A stretch of 64,000 nucleotides of DNA, taken from a virus. Taxonomy: Duplodnaviria > Caudoviricetes. The notes under the pieces are model-generated. The model was not told the DNA's origin, searched no databases, and saw nothing but the letters and a program-made list of their open reading frames with translations. The stretch spans positions 37,027 through 101,026 of the IMG/VR virus record IMGVR_UViG_3300043120_000083; one strand, given 5' to 3'. Positions 1 to 10,522 of this stretch are shown in pieces (the first letter of the stretch is position 1; each line of letters begins with the position of its first letter). The translations under genes and the position numbers were made by a program.

Positions 1-1728
1 GCATGTAAGAAAAGGATTTTAAAATCATTCATTAACAAACATCCAGAAGTAATCCATGATTTGCAATTAGTTTTAGGTCAACCAAAAGCAAAGTCAATAC
101 ATGCCTGTGCAATGATTATCTTCCCTAAAGAAAAATCAATGTATCATTGGGTTCCGGTAAGAGAGCAAGACGGTATGATTGTAAGCGAATGGGAAGGGGG
201 AGAGTTAGATTCAGCAGGATTCTTAAAGCAGGATATTCTGGGGATTAAACAACTTGATAAATATCAAAGTATTCTTGATTCTATAAAGAAAATAGAAGGA
301 GATGAAGTAAATATTTACAAGCTTCCTCTAAATGAAAAAGAAGTCTATAAATACTTTCAAAAAGGGTGGAATGGAGATATTTTTCACTTTGGCTCTAAAG
401 GATTGACAAGTTATTGTAAAGATTTGAAACCTGAGAATATTGAAGATTTATTTGCTGCAATTTCCCTATATAGACCGGGAGCAATGGAAAACAATTTTCA
501 TAACGAATATGTATTAAGAAAGGAGGGGAAAAGAGATGTTGAATATTTAGAAGGTCTTGAAAAGATAACAAGTGAAACTCTTGGTATTATCATTTATCAA
601 GAACAAGTTATGCAAGCATGTGTACAGGTAGCTGGTTATTCGTTAGTTGAGTCTGACGACATCAGAAAAGCAATGGGGAAAAAGAAAATGTCAATTCTTG
701 GCAAACAAAAACCCAGATTTATAGGTGGATCAAAAGAAAACGGATATTCAGAAGAATACGCTGAAGAGTTATGGGAAAAACTTATTAAGTTTGCCGGGTA
801 TGGTTTTAATAAATCCCACGCAGCAGCTTATGCGGTTACAGGCTATATAGGTCAATGGCTAAAAGTACATTACCCTATCCATTTCTGGAGTACTGCTATT
901 AACTACGCAAGTGAAGATGATATCCCCAGCTACATTAGTGAGATTAATACAACAGGTATTGTAAAAATTGCTTCTCCTGACATAAACAAGTCAGATACTA
1001 AGGTAAATACTGATTTTAACACCAATACAATCTATTGGGCATTAAGCAGCATTAAACAGTGTGGAGAAACTTCTACTAACCAAATAATGAAGGAAAGAGA
1101 AGAAAATGGGGAGTATTTTAGTTTAGATGAGTTCTTGGAACGTCACTCCTTTAAAGGCAGTAAGGTAAATAAAAGGGTTATAGAAAACCTTATCTTATCC
1201 GGTGCATTTGATGAGATTGAGGATGTAAAAATGCCACAGGATAGATATACTCTAATTAATAAATTCAGGGAACGAAACAAGGTTAAAATAGACGAAGAAA
1301 AGGATTTCATAGATGAGAACTTTGTAAACGATGAATGGTGGTGGACACTTCAACAAAAGAGATTGTCAGGGATAGCATTTTTCAATTATACTGATATGTG
1401 TGATGTTCTATTAGATAGACCATACAAAGACCCGGTAGATTTTGAAGAAGAAACTTCTGTAAATGATAATGCTGGTGTTGGAGGTTACGTATTGGATGTT
1501 GAAGTTAAGAATAGTAAAAAAGGTTCTTTTGCTAAACTACTGATTGAGAATAATTACTCAATGATAAACATCCTAATTTGGCCTGAGCAGTATGAGCAGT
1601 TTGAAGAAGTTATTACAGATTGTAAGAAGTCTTTACTATTCATGACAGGAGTTGTGAAGTATGATAGCTATGGGAAAACCAATGTTCTTCAAAGCGACAG
1701 CAATTCTCAAATAAAAGTTCTCAAATAG
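1..1728 (+). CDS. dnaE: DNA polymerase III alpha subunit (family C), 5' part outside window
   Basis: Frame is open from base 1. Motifs SIHACAMII, GFLKQDILG, ALYRPG-like SLYRPG, YQEQVMQ and FAGYGFNKSHAAAY, with a C-terminal OB-fold-like region. Confidence 0.95.
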   Translation, partial: ACKKRILKSFINKHPEVIHDLQLVLGQPKAKSIHACAMIIFPKEKSMYHWVPVREQDGMIVSEWEGGELDSAGFLKQDILGIKQLDKYQSILDSIKKIEGDEVNIYKLPLNEKEVYKYFQKGWNGDIFHFGSKGLTSYCKDLKPENIEDLFAAISLYRPGAMENNFHNEYVLRKEGKRDVEYLEGLEKITSETLGIIIYQEQVMQACVQVAGYSLVESDDIRKAMGKKKMSILGKQKPRFIGGSKENGYSEEYAEELWEKLIKFAGYGFNKSHAAAYAVTGYIGQWLKVHYPIHFWSTAINYASEDDIPSYISEINTTGIVKIASPDINKSDTKVNTDFNTNTIYWALSSIKQCGETSTNQIMKEREENGEYFSLDEFLERHSFKGSKVNKRVIENLILSGAFDEIEDVKMPQDRYTLINKFRERNKVKIDEEKDFIDENFVNDEWWWTLQQKRLSGIAFFNYTDMCDVLLDRPYKDPVDFEEETSVNDNAGVGGYVLDVEVKNSKKGSFAKLLIENNYSMINILIWPEQYEQFEEVITDCKKSLLFMTGVVKYDSYGKTNVLQSDSNSQIKVLK

Positions 1729-1739
1729 TTTTGCAAATA

Positions 1740-1760
1740 CATATAAAAGTAATTAATTTG
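1740..1760 (+). promoter_or_regulatory. Putative promoter: CATATAAAAG-N3-TTAATTTG
   Basis: Same motif and spacing recur at 11198, 16488, 26970, 31571 and 39052. The 3' part resembles the Bacteroidota -7 element TAnnTTTG. Confidence 0.6.
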
Positions 1761-1780
1761 TAGCACTTAAAAATCAAAAC

Positions 1781-2293
1781 ATGAATCTAATTATTCACTT
1801 AGGAGACAATCCAGTCTCCCTAAAATTCAGAGAATTTGAAGAAGAAGTAGATGTTGACACACTAACATCTATTAATTACAGCAACTTATACGGCGAAGCC
1901 GTTAGTGTTTCTGCACTTCTTAATCAAATTGGCTTATTAAAGGCAGAAGCAGAGAAGACCCACTCTATTAAAAAACTTGAATTTGATATTTACGAAGCTG
2001 AGTTGAGAAGAAACATTCGTAAAGATTATTCTAAAAACAGTCTGAAACTTACAGAGAAAAACTTAGATGAAGAAGTTACTTTAGACAAGGCATGGCAGAT
2101 TAGTAAAAAATCAGTTATTTCAGCAAAAAGAGATATGGATTTTATTGATGCTCTCTATTGGTCTATTCAAAGTAAGGATAAAAAACTTTCTGTGTTAGTT
2201 AAAGGAGTTACTCCTGAAGAACTTTACAATGAATTGGTTGACGGAGTTATAAATAATATAGTTATCAAAAAAGTTAAATCACCTTTAAAATAA
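1781..2293 (+). CDS. Putative UvsY-like recombination mediator (helical protein)
   Basis: 170 aa, predicted helical, located in the replication/recombination block near SSB and RecA. Confidence 0.4.
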   Translation: MNLIIHLGDNPVSLKFREFEEEVDVDTLTSINYSNLYGEAVSVSALLNQIGLLKAEAEKTHSIKKLEFDIYEAELRRNIRKDYSKNSLKLTEKNLDEEVTLDKAWQISKKSVISAKRDMDFIDALYWSIQSKDKKLSVLVKGVTPEELYNELVDGVINNIVIKKVKSPLK

Positions 2294-2298
2294 AAACT

Positions 2299-2865
2299 AT
2301 GCAACAATTACATTTAATCGCTAAAGACAATTCAGGATTACGTCCCATTACGGATTACATCCTACTGACAAAAGAAAATGTTTATGCTTCGGATAGTCAT
2401 GTAGCAGTTATTCACAAAACAGAAAATTTGTTTGGTAAAGAATTTTCTGAAAAGATGTTGGAAACGGATAGATTTTTAATTCATGCAACACAATGGAAAA
2501 AACTTTGTAAGAACGGTATTGTTGGTTATGAATTTAATGGGGGTACAATTAAGGCAGTAGATAAAAAAGGACAAGTAGATATTGTCCCATTAATTAAAGA
2601 GGGAAATGTGGGCAATTACCCAAAAGTTGAAAGCGTTATCCCTGAAGAAGCTAATGAAAAATGTGATATGATAGGGTTAAATCCTGAATTGTTACATAAT
2701 TTACAACTCGCTATTTACCCAGAGAAACCTAAAAAGAATGAAACTTTAGGGTTGTATTTAAAGATGTCAAGAGTAAGTGATGGTCAGGCAAATGGTGCTA
2801 TCAGAGTTTATATTAATGGAAATTATAATTTTGACTTTAAGGCTGTCATTATGCCTATATATTAA
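2299..2865 (+). CDS. Short beta-sliding-clamp-like protein
   Basis: ASDSHVAV, GNYPKVESVIP, IGLNPELL and terminal AVIMP resemble DnaN motifs (ATDGHRLA, GxFPDY, IGFN, VIMP). Only 188 aa. Confidence 0.5.
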   Translation: MQQLHLIAKDNSGLRPITDYILLTKENVYASDSHVAVIHKTENLFGKEFSEKMLETDRFLIHATQWKKLCKNGIVGYEFNGGTIKAVDKKGQVDIVPLIKEGNVGNYPKVESVIPEEANEKCDMIGLNPELLHNLQLAIYPEKPKKNETLGLYLKMSRVSDGQANGAIRVYINGNYNFDFKAVIMPIY

Positions 2866-2886
2866 GAGAAAATAAAATTTAACATT

Positions 2887-3201
2887 ATGGAACTAAGGTA
2901 TAAAAATTACATTGCAGTGCCTTCAATAATGGGTGACAGGTTTGACTTTGTTATCGAACAGGAATCCCAAAAAATAGGGACAGGTACATTGCAGGAACCT
3001 AACGGAGAAAAGTATCTGAAAAAGAAAACTTTAGGGTACGATATGAGATTAGATTGGATTGTCGAACGCATAATAACAATGGAGGTTAAAAAGAATGAAG
3101 TAACTTACGATTTAGAACAGTTTCTTGAAAAGTTCAAGGAAGTTCAAGAGGACATTAAGAAAGAATTTAATATTAGTAACAAATTATTTAAAACTGAATA
3201 A
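2887..3201 (+). CDS. Hypothetical protein
   Basis: 104-aa ORF within the operon. Confidence 0.6.
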   Translation: MELRYKNYIAVPSIMGDRFDFVIEQESQKIGTGTLQEPNGEKYLKKKTLGYDMRLDWIVERIITMEVKKNEVTYDLEQFLEKFKEVQEDIKKEFNISNKLFKTE

Positions 3202-3202
3202 A

Positions 3203-4561
3203 ATGGCATTTGATAGATCAAAATACAAGAGCGTGTCTCTTAAAAAAGTTAGCGATCAAGTAAGCGAAGCCGAATCCAACAGTAAAACGAGTTTTTCAGG
3301 AGGTTCTGGTCGTACAAAGTATCATAAAATTGAAGAGGGTGATAACTGGTTTAAAATTGCTCCGGCTCATGACCCGGAAAATAGTCCGTATGTTCCCATT
3401 TCAACAGCAAATCTTGAATGTGAAGGAGATAAGTGGGAAGATGGAGAGATTGTGGGAAAAGAAGTTAGAAACCGTAAGGTATTTATTGCCACAGTTCACT
3501 CTCCTAAAGATAAGCATGGTAAGTTTATGATGACCAAAGACCCGGTTGAGACTTACCTTGAATACGTTCACAAGAAGTTGAATGATGAATATCCTGAAAA
3601 AGCAGAAAGAGAAAAGAAAATGGCTCCTTTGCGTGGATTCAGAGGTAGTGATGGTAAGTGGGTATTCGGTATTCAACCTGACCATAAAATTGCTACGTGG
3701 TCTTGGGATAACAAATGGGAAATTGGTCGTTTAGATTTGAATAAGAAGTGGTACAAAGATATGGAAAAGCTTTCCATTCGTGAAACTGCTGATGAGCCAG
3801 TACCAAGCGATATTTTTGTGGATTTGGATGAAGGGTTTCCTTTGATTCTCACTAAAACAGTAACTCAAGAAGGAAAAAGGAAGAAGACTGAATATAAAGT
3901 TGACACCGATAAGCCTAACATTCGTAAACGTGAATCAGTAGATGATTTCTTTGAGCGTGTTGCAGTGCCGGAAAAAGCATTGGAAGAGTGGCAAGAAAAG
4001 AAGTCCTTGGAAGAAATGTTGGTTGGAGTTTACAGTGAGAAAGATTTCAACATGGCTGTTGATGGGCTTGAAAGGTTTGATAAAAAGTGGGGTTTTGAGA
4101 TTTTTGAGAACACTGAGTTTCTTGACGAGATGGAAGAAATTTCAAAGATGGTTGAGAATCTTCCTAAAAAAGAAGAGAAAAAAGATGGGGATTCAGAAGA
4201 ATCAGAGTCTAAAGAAAGTAAGGAAGAAACTCCAGAGGAAGAAACACCTTCTGAAAGTAAAGTAACTCCTGTTAAAATGAAGAGGTTTATTAGAACTTTC
4301 ATTGATGAAAATTACGATGAAAGCGATTTACCGGACGGTAAGACTTCTGAAGAGATTGTGAAAGAACTAAAAGGTTCTGCTATTGAAGAATGGTACACAA
4401 TCGCTAAAGAAGGTAATGAACTTCCTTTTGAAAAAACAGAAAGTGAAGAGGAAGAAAGCGATGAAGAATCACCTGTTGAAGATTCATCTCCAGATGATGC
4501 AGTAGAAGCTGATGTTGCTTCTGAGTTAGCTAAATTACGTGCAAGACGTAAGAAAAAGTAA
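3203..4561 (+). CDS. Putative single-stranded DNA-binding protein (gp32-like) with acidic tail
   Basis: ATG at 3203 (MAFDRSKYK). Aromatic-rich core, long acidic C-terminus, replication context. Confidence 0.55.
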   Translation: MAFDRSKYKSVSLKKVSDQVSEAESNSKTSFSGGSGRTKYHKIEEGDNWFKIAPAHDPENSPYVPISTANLECEGDKWEDGEIVGKEVRNRKVFIATVHSPKDKHGKFMMTKDPVETYLEYVHKKLNDEYPEKAEREKKMAPLRGFRGSDGKWVFGIQPDHKIATWSWDNKWEIGRLDLNKKWYKDMEKLSIRETADEPVPSDIFVDLDEGFPLILTKTVTQEGKRKKTEYKVDTDKPNIRKRESVDDFFERVAVPEKALEEWQEKKSLEEMLVGVYSEKDFNMAVDGLERFDKKWGFEIFENTEFLDEMEEISKMVENLPKKEEKKDGDSEESESKESKEETPEEETPSESKVTPVKMKRFIRTFIDENYDESDLPDGKTSEEIVKELKGSAIEEWYTIAKEGNELPFEKTESEEEESDEESPVEDSSPDDAVEADVASELAKLRARRKKK

Positions 4562-4574
4562 GGTTATTTTAAAC

Positions 4575-4600
4575 AGGGTGGGGTTTAGTTACCTCACCCT
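4575..4600 (+). terminator. Stem-loop after the SSB gene
   Basis: AGGGTGGGGT / ACCTCACCCT inverted repeat. Confidence 0.45.
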
Positions 4601-4618
4601 AAATTAAATTCTTCTAAA

Positions 4619-5650
4619 ATGCCAAAACCAATAGCAATACAAATAAACGATATACATATAGACAAGGGGAATATAGAACAAGTCACTGATATATTCCATC
4701 AACTTTGTGATTTATGTATAAAAGAAAGTATCTACACAGTATTTATAGCCGGAGATATATTTGAAAGCAGAACAAGTCAAAGACTTGAAACTTTAAATGC
4801 TTTCCTAAATATATTGAACATTCTACATTCAAGTAATATTCATGCTTATCTAATACCCGGAAACCACGACAAAACAAGGTATGATGTAAAAGAATCTTTT
4901 GTGGATGCTTTTAGTTATCATCCAGCACTTACAATATTCGATGATTATGACTATGAAGATTTAGAGAAGGGGGTAAGAGTTCATTTTATGCCATTCTTTA
5001 GAGAAGATGTTTGGTTAGAGAAATTTAAACCTGACTTTCTAAAAGATGGGAAAAATATTTTAATTACTCACGTGGCAATTACTGGAAGTGTAAATAATGA
5101 TGGTTCAATAGTTGAATCTCCCCTTTCTATTAATACGTTTGAAGGTTTTGATAGAGTGTATTCAGGTCACTACCACCAAACACAAGTGATTAAGAAAAAT
5201 TTTATACATTGCCCTTCTCCCTATCAGGCTAATTTCGGAGAGGATAACAAAAAGGGGTTTACAATTATTTATGATGATTTAACCTATGAAATTAAAAAAG
5301 CAAAGTTCAAAGAATACAAAAAGGTAAAGGTAAACCTTGATGAAATAAAAAAGGCCGAATTAGACGATTTAATGAAGGAATATTCCAATTCTGATGACAA
5401 TATAAGGTTTGAAGTTTTAGGAAGCGAGAGCAAGGTTAAATCAATAAAAAAGGATAGTTTCTATGCTGTAGGTATAGATATTAAGACAAAAGTAAAAGAA
5501 GTTGAGGATTCTCTAATTTATGCAGAACAGGATGAAATAGTATCTTTTAATAAAACTTCATTAGTTGAAGAGTTTAAAGAGTGTTGCGAAGAAAATGATT
5601 GGGAATTTGAAACCGGAAACAAATATTTAGAAAGGAAATTAAATGGCTGA
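4619..5650 (+). CDS. SbcD/Mre11/gp47-like metallophosphoesterase nuclease
   Basis: DIH, GDIF, GNHD and GHYH motifs. Partner ATPase at 7410. Confidence 0.85.
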   Translation: MPKPIAIQINDIHIDKGNIEQVTDIFHQLCDLCIKESIYTVFIAGDIFESRTSQRLETLNAFLNILNILHSSNIHAYLIPGNHDKTRYDVKESFVDAFSYHPALTIFDDYDYEDLEKGVRVHFMPFFREDVWLEKFKPDFLKDGKNILITHVAITGSVNNDGSIVESPLSINTFEGFDRVYSGHYHQTQVIKKNFIHCPSPYQANFGEDNKKGFTIIYDDLTYEIKKAKFKEYKKVKVNLDEIKKAELDDLMKEYSNSDDNIRFEVLGSESKVKSIKKDSFYAVGIDIKTKVKEVEDSLIYAEQDEIVSFNKTSLVEEFKECCEENDWEFETGNKYLERKLNG

Positions 5651-6416
5651 AATAGATATTTATTGTTGCGACAATCTTGATTTGATGTCTGATATTCCAG
5701 ATAATACGATTGACTTAATTTATTGTGATATTTTATACGGAACTGGTAGAAAGTTTAAAGATTATCAAGATTTAAATCCGGATAGGAAAATAATTGAGGA
5801 GCATTACATTCAAAGAATAAAAGAAATGCACCGAATATTAAAGCCAACAGGAAGCATTTATTTGCAAATGGATACACGTATTAATCATTGGATTAGGTGT
5901 GTTCTTGATGATATTTTTGGGTATGATAATTTTAGAAATGAAATAATTTGGCATTATGAAGACACAATGCAAGGCAATAGTTCAATTAAGTTACCTAAAA
6001 AACATGACACAATTTATTTTTATTCTAAATCAAAAACTCACAGAATTAATAAAGTGAAAATACCTCTCAAAAAACCTAAAAAAAGGGGGAATTTTAATTT
6101 CACAGAAGGTAAATTAAAATCTGTAGATGGGTTTTCAATGTATAATGAGAAAAATATTGATTCTGTTTGGAATATAGGTGTTACATCTGTGATAAGTTCA
6201 AGAAGTAAGCAATTTATTGATTTTGAAACTCAAAAACCAAAAGAACTAATTGAACGAATAATTAAAGTGAGTAGTAACGAAGGTGATTTAGTTGCAGACT
6301 TTTATCTAGGTTCAGGAACAACTTCTGAAGTATGTAAAGACCTGAATCGTAATTTTATAGGGTGTGATATTAGTGAGAGAGCAGTAGAAATAAGTAAACA
6401 AAGATTAAATAAATAA
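5643..6416 (+). CDS. DNA methyltransferase (N4/N6, beta class)
   Basis: TQKPKELIERII and DFYLGSGTT motifs. Catalytic motif is an atypical DILY. Confidence 0.85.
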   Translation: MAEIDIYCCDNLDLMSDIPDNTIDLIYCDILYGTGRKFKDYQDLNPDRKIIEEHYIQRIKEMHRILKPTGSIYLQMDTRINHWIRCVLDDIFGYDNFRNEIIWHYEDTMQGNSSIKLPKKHDTIYFYSKSKTHRINKVKIPLKKPKKRGNFNFTEGKLKSVDGFSMYNEKNIDSVWNIGVTSVISSRSKQFIDFETQKPKELIERIIKVSSNEGDLVADFYLGSGTTSEVCKDLNRNFIGCDISERAVEISKQRLNK

Positions 6417-6420
6417 CTAT

Positions 6421-7407
6421 ATGGCTAATAAAGAAAGTGTAAAAATATCAGACGTAGTTGCTAACGTAAAGAAACGTTTCGGAGATGAAGCAATAGCTGG
6501 AGTGTCTAAAAACGTTGAATGGTTAAATACAGGCAGTATCGGATTAAATCAGGCCCTCGGTGGAGGTTGGGCTAAAGGCCGTATTGTTGAATTGTTTGGG
6601 TGGGAAAGTTCTGGAAAGTCAACACTTGCCCTTCACGCTTCAGCAGAATGCCAAAAGGAAGGTAAGGTTGTTGCATATATTGATATGGAACATGCACTTG
6701 ACCCTTTCTATGCTGAAGCATTAGGTGTAGATACAAGTGAAAAAAGTGGGTTGTGGTATTTAAGTCAACCAGATGATGGGGAAACAGCTTTAGAAATAGT
6801 GCGTGAATTTGCTAAAAGCGATGAAGTTGGGTTGATTGTTGTTGATTCAGTTTCTGCTTTACTTCCACGTGCAGTTATTGCTGGAGAAGCAGGAGATCAG
6901 AAAATAGGTTTGTTAGCACGGTTAATGTCACAAATGGTTCCAACTTTAATTGCCCCTGCTAAAAAATCAGGAGCAGTGATAATGTTTATTGGGCAGTTAC
7001 GTGAAAAAATAGGAATATCGTGGGGTGACCCTTCTGTCACTACAGGGGGGAATGCTTTAAAATTTTATTCATCACAAAGAGCTCAAGTAGCAAGGAGTGG
7101 TCAAGATAAAGATGGGGATGAAATTGTTGCTAATGGGACACGTGTTAAGGTCATTAAAAATAAAGTCGCTCCCCCTTTTAAGCAAACTAAATTCTTTATT
7201 GAGTTTGGGACAGGTATTGATAAATTAAGAGAGGTTATTGATGTAGCTGTTGAATTAGGCATTATTAACAAGAAAGGTGCAGGATGGATGAGTTACGGTG
7301 ATACTAAGTTAGGGCAGGGTGTTGATGCTGTTAAGATTTTATTGGAAGATAATCCTGAATTGCTTGAAGAAATACAAGAAAAAATAAATGAAGAACTAAA
7401 CAAATAG
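6421..7407 (+). CDS. recA: RecA recombinase
   Basis: GWESSGKS Walker A, DMEHALDP, IVVDSV, GGNALKFY and KNKVAPPF motifs. Confidence 0.97.
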   Translation: MANKESVKISDVVANVKKRFGDEAIAGVSKNVEWLNTGSIGLNQALGGGWAKGRIVELFGWESSGKSTLALHASAECQKEGKVVAYIDMEHALDPFYAEALGVDTSEKSGLWYLSQPDDGETALEIVREFAKSDEVGLIVVDSVSALLPRAVIAGEAGDQKIGLLARLMSQMVPTLIAPAKKSGAVIMFIGQLREKIGISWGDPSVTTGGNALKFYSSQRAQVARSGQDKDGDEIVANGTRVKVIKNKVAPPFKQTKFFIEFGTGIDKLREVIDVAVELGIINKKGAGWMSYGDTKLGQGVDAVKILLEDNPELLEEIQEKINEELNK

Positions 7408-7409
7408 TT

Positions 7410-9413
7410 ATGAAATTCGTCTCAATTAAAGCTAAAAATTTTCTTTCTTTTAAGGAATTAGAATATAACTTCAAATCTCACCCTGTGTTAATTCAGGGTG
7501 AGAACTTAACAGAACCAGAAAGTCAAAAATCTAATGGTTCTGGCAAGACTACAATACAATGCGCTATTGAATATGCTTTATTGACAACTACCTCACGTAA
7601 AGTTAGGGATGCAGAATTAGTATTTTGGGGGGAAAAAGAGGGCAGTGTAGAACTGGAAATTTATTGTGCTGTACGCAAACAATCACTAATTATTGAGCGT
7701 AAGTTGCCTGTTAAGGGTAGCAATAAACTTGAATTGTGGTTGAAAAAAGGGGAAGAAGTTACCCCTGTTAATTTTTCTACAGTAGCAGACGGTAACAAGT
7801 ATATTCTTGATTGGGTTGATTTAAGTAAGGAAGATATTCAGAACTTCTATATAGTCAACAAGGAACGTTACACTTCCTTCTTTTCTTCTCCTAACGCAAA
7901 GAAAATTGAATTAATTTCCCGGTTCTCTAATTCTTATATGATTAACGGTGTTGATAAGTTAGTACAGGAAGATGTAAAGAAGTTGGAAGAAGTAATAAGA
8001 GAAAAAGAAATAAACAAATCTGCTATTCAGGGAGTGATTGACGATTCCAAGGAAGAGATTGATAAATTAGAAAATGAAGACTTTGAAGAAGAGAAAGAAA
8101 AGAAGATTAAATATAAAAGGTTAGAAATTGTAGAAGTCGGGAATGAGATAATTGAAGGAATTGATTTACGTAAAAACCTTGAAGAAAAGAATAAAGAAGT
8201 TTCTAAAAAGTTAGAATCAACAGGAAAGGAAGTAGGTGAATTAGAAACCAAAATTAAAGAACTAAACAAGGTTTCTTTTGAAGAAGAGTATAATAAGATA
8301 GAAGAAAAAGTAAAGGTTGTTAACACAGATATTGATAAGAAAAGTAAGGAAAAAAGAACTGTGAAATCATCCATAGATGAAATTTCAGATATGATGGATG
8401 AAATAAATAAGAATATTAAAGGTGCTGTAAAATGTCCAAAATGTTCACATGAGTTCTTGGTTGGAGACCCGGAAGTTGATATTGAGGAAGAGAAAAGGGA
8501 ATTGATAGACGTTGAAAAACTTTACAATTCCACTAAAACAAAACTAACTTCTATTAATGATGTTATTGAAGAACTAAATAAGAAAGTAGATAAAATAAAT
8601 TCTGAAAAAACAGTAATATCTAAGAAAGAAGAAGAACACAACAAAAAGGTAAGGGGGTTGAAACGTCAGTTGAGAGATATTACAGAAGAGGTTGATAGTT
8701 TAAATAAACAAATATCTCAGAATAAAAACTCTATTGAAAACTCAGTTCTTCAGGAACAACACCTAAACACAAAAATTGAATCTTTAAAACAACAAATTAA
8801 GGAAATAAAAGCACAAACAGGTAATTCTGAAAGAATAAAAGAACTGAATGAGAAAATTGCAACTAAAACGCAAGAACTTGAAAAGGTTGAAAAAGCAATA
8901 AAAGAAAAAGAAACTGAGCTTTACAATACAAGTCAATGGGTATTTAATTTTAAGAAGTTTTACGGTCATTTAGCCAATAAATCACTGAAAGTTATACAAG
9001 GGTATTGTAATAAGTATTTAGGAGAAATAAACAGTGATTTACAAGTGAAATGGGAAGGTTTTAAGATGAAAGCGGACGGAACACTGTCTGAAAAGATTAC
9101 TCCTTATATTATGCGCTCTGGAGAGATGAAAGACTTCTGGTCTTTTTCAGGAGGAGAAAGGGCAAGGTTAGATTTTGCTATGATCCTCACTATTCAGGGA
9201 ATTATTAATAGTTCACATAAATATGGAGGCGTAGAATTTATAAGTTTGGATGAAGTTTTGGAAGGAATTGACGATGTAGGTTTGGGTAATCTAATGAAGT
9301 CTTTAAAGAACATGGATAAAACAATCCTTCTAACAACACATGTAACAGACAGGAATACCCCCGGAGATATATTATTAGTGAGAAAAGTAAACGGAGTATC
9401 AACATTAAATTAA
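7410..9413 (+). CDS. SbcC/Rad50/gp46-like SMC ATPase
   Basis: NGSGKT Walker A, coiled coil with CPKC zinc hook, FSGGE signature, LDE Walker B. Confidence 0.9.
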   Translation: MKFVSIKAKNFLSFKELEYNFKSHPVLIQGENLTEPESQKSNGSGKTTIQCAIEYALLTTTSRKVRDAELVFWGEKEGSVELEIYCAVRKQSLIIERKLPVKGSNKLELWLKKGEEVTPVNFSTVADGNKYILDWVDLSKEDIQNFYIVNKERYTSFFSSPNAKKIELISRFSNSYMINGVDKLVQEDVKKLEEVIREKEINKSAIQGVIDDSKEEIDKLENEDFEEEKEKKIKYKRLEIVEVGNEIIEGIDLRKNLEEKNKEVSKKLESTGKEVGELETKIKELNKVSFEEEYNKIEEKVKVVNTDIDKKSKEKRTVKSSIDEISDMMDEINKNIKGAVKCPKCSHEFLVGDPEVDIEEEKRELIDVEKLYNSTKTKLTSINDVIEELNKKVDKINSEKTVISKKEEEHNKKVRGLKRQLRDITEEVDSLNKQISQNKNSIENSVLQEQHLNTKIESLKQQIKEIKAQTGNSERIKELNEKIATKTQELEKVEKAIKEKETELYNTSQWVFNFKKFYGHLANKSLKVIQGYCNKYLGEINSDLQVKWEGFKMKADGTLSEKITPYIMRSGEMKDFWSFSGGERARLDFAMILTIQGIINSSHKYGGVEFISLDEVLEGIDDVGLGNLMKSLKNMDKTILLTTHVTDRNTPGDILLVRKVNGVSTLN

Positions 9414-9418
9414 AAGTT

Positions 9419-9652
9419 ATGGTTAAACCAGTATTGATTGTCAAGAATGACGGAAGAATGTCACATGAAGATTATGATACATTGAGAGATAAGGGTTTCT
9501 CTAAAGAATTAAAGGAAGAATACCATATTTTATTGGTAATTGATGATACAATAGAAAGTTCTTTTGAGTTTCAATGTCTTAATGTCGAAGATTCAGATAA
9601 GATAGATTTTAAGGAATTACAACAACATATTGATAACATTTTAAAGAAATGA
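9419..9652 (+). CDS. Hypothetical protein
   Basis: 77-aa ORF, tightly packed with neighbours. Confidence 0.55.
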   Translation: MVKPVLIVKNDGRMSHEDYDTLRDKGFSKELKEEYHILLVIDDTIESSFEFQCLNVEDSDKIDFKELQQHIDNILKK

Positions 9653-9655
9653 ATT

Positions 9656-9850
9656 ATGCAACATTCAGAACAAGATTTAACACGTAAGTATAAACAAGAC
9701 ACTGGTCTTGATGCTTACAGTGATGGAGAAGCCACTCCAGAATACGTCAGTTGGCTTCAGGAAGAACTATCTTCTAAATATGATAAAGAAAGCGATCTGA
9801 ATAAATCAGATGAGTTCACTAAAATTAAACGAAATGATATAATGAAATGA
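9656..9850 (+). CDS. Hypothetical protein
   Basis: 64-aa ORF, tightly packed with neighbours. Confidence 0.55.
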   Translation: MQHSEQDLTRKYKQDTGLDAYSDGEATPEYVSWLQEELSSKYDKESDLNKSDEFTKIKRNDIMK

Positions 9851-10335
9851 AAAAAGTTTTAGCAATTGACCCCGGAGACACAGAATCAGCTTATGTGTTA
9901 TGGGATGGTGAGAATATTATAGACAAAGCGAAAGAAAAGAATGATATTGTTTTAAGAAAAATATCTGAAATATTTTTTGATGTTCCTAATTTAGAAGTAG
10001 CTATTGAAATGGTTGCTTCGTATGGTATGCCAGTAGGTAAAACTGTATTTGACACATGTGTTTGGATTGGAAGGTTTATTCAAGTTTGTGACAGTTTAAG
10101 TGTAAAATACAGACAGGTTTATCGTAAAGAAATAGTTAGTCATATATGTCATTCTGCAAGAGCAAAAGATTCAAATGTTATTCAGGCATTAGTGGATAGG
10201 TTTGGAGATGTTCACGAACATGGGAAATATGGGAAAGGAACAAAGAAAAATCCGGGATTTTTTTACGGGTTCTATAAAGATGTTTGGCAATCATTTGCTG
10301 TAGGGGTTTTTTATTTTGATAATTTTGCAGAATAG
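9847..10335 (+). CDS. RuvC-like Holliday junction resolvase
   Basis: N-terminal VLAIDPG, central AIE and C-terminal DVWQSFAV fit an RNase H-fold resolvase. Confidence 0.7.
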   Translation: MKKVLAIDPGDTESAYVLWDGENIIDKAKEKNDIVLRKISEIFFDVPNLEVAIEMVASYGMPVGKTVFDTCVWIGRFIQVCDSLSVKYRQVYRKEIVSHICHSARAKDSNVIQALVDRFGDVHEHGKYGKGTKKNPGFFYGFYKDVWQSFAVGVFYFDNFAE

Positions 10336-10355
10336 TAATATAAATAAAATTTATA

Positions 10356-10520
10356 ATGGAACTAACTTATAAAGAAAAACAATATATCTGGACTCCAGAG
10401 ATGGATTATGATACTTTTATCAGGGTGAACGGGTTAGATAAGTATTACCCTCCTAATTTCAAAGCATTTGAATTTTTTGAACGTCAGTATATTTTTAACG
10501 AATTTGGGGAGGACAAATAA
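10356..10520 (+). CDS. Small hypothetical protein (54 aa, not in ORF track)
   Basis: ATG at 10356 to TAA at 10520 fills the gap between two genes. Confidence 0.45.
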   Translation: MELTYKEKQYIWTPEMDYDTFIRVNGLDKYYPPNFKAFEFFERQYIFNEFGEDK

Positions 10521-10522
10521 AT

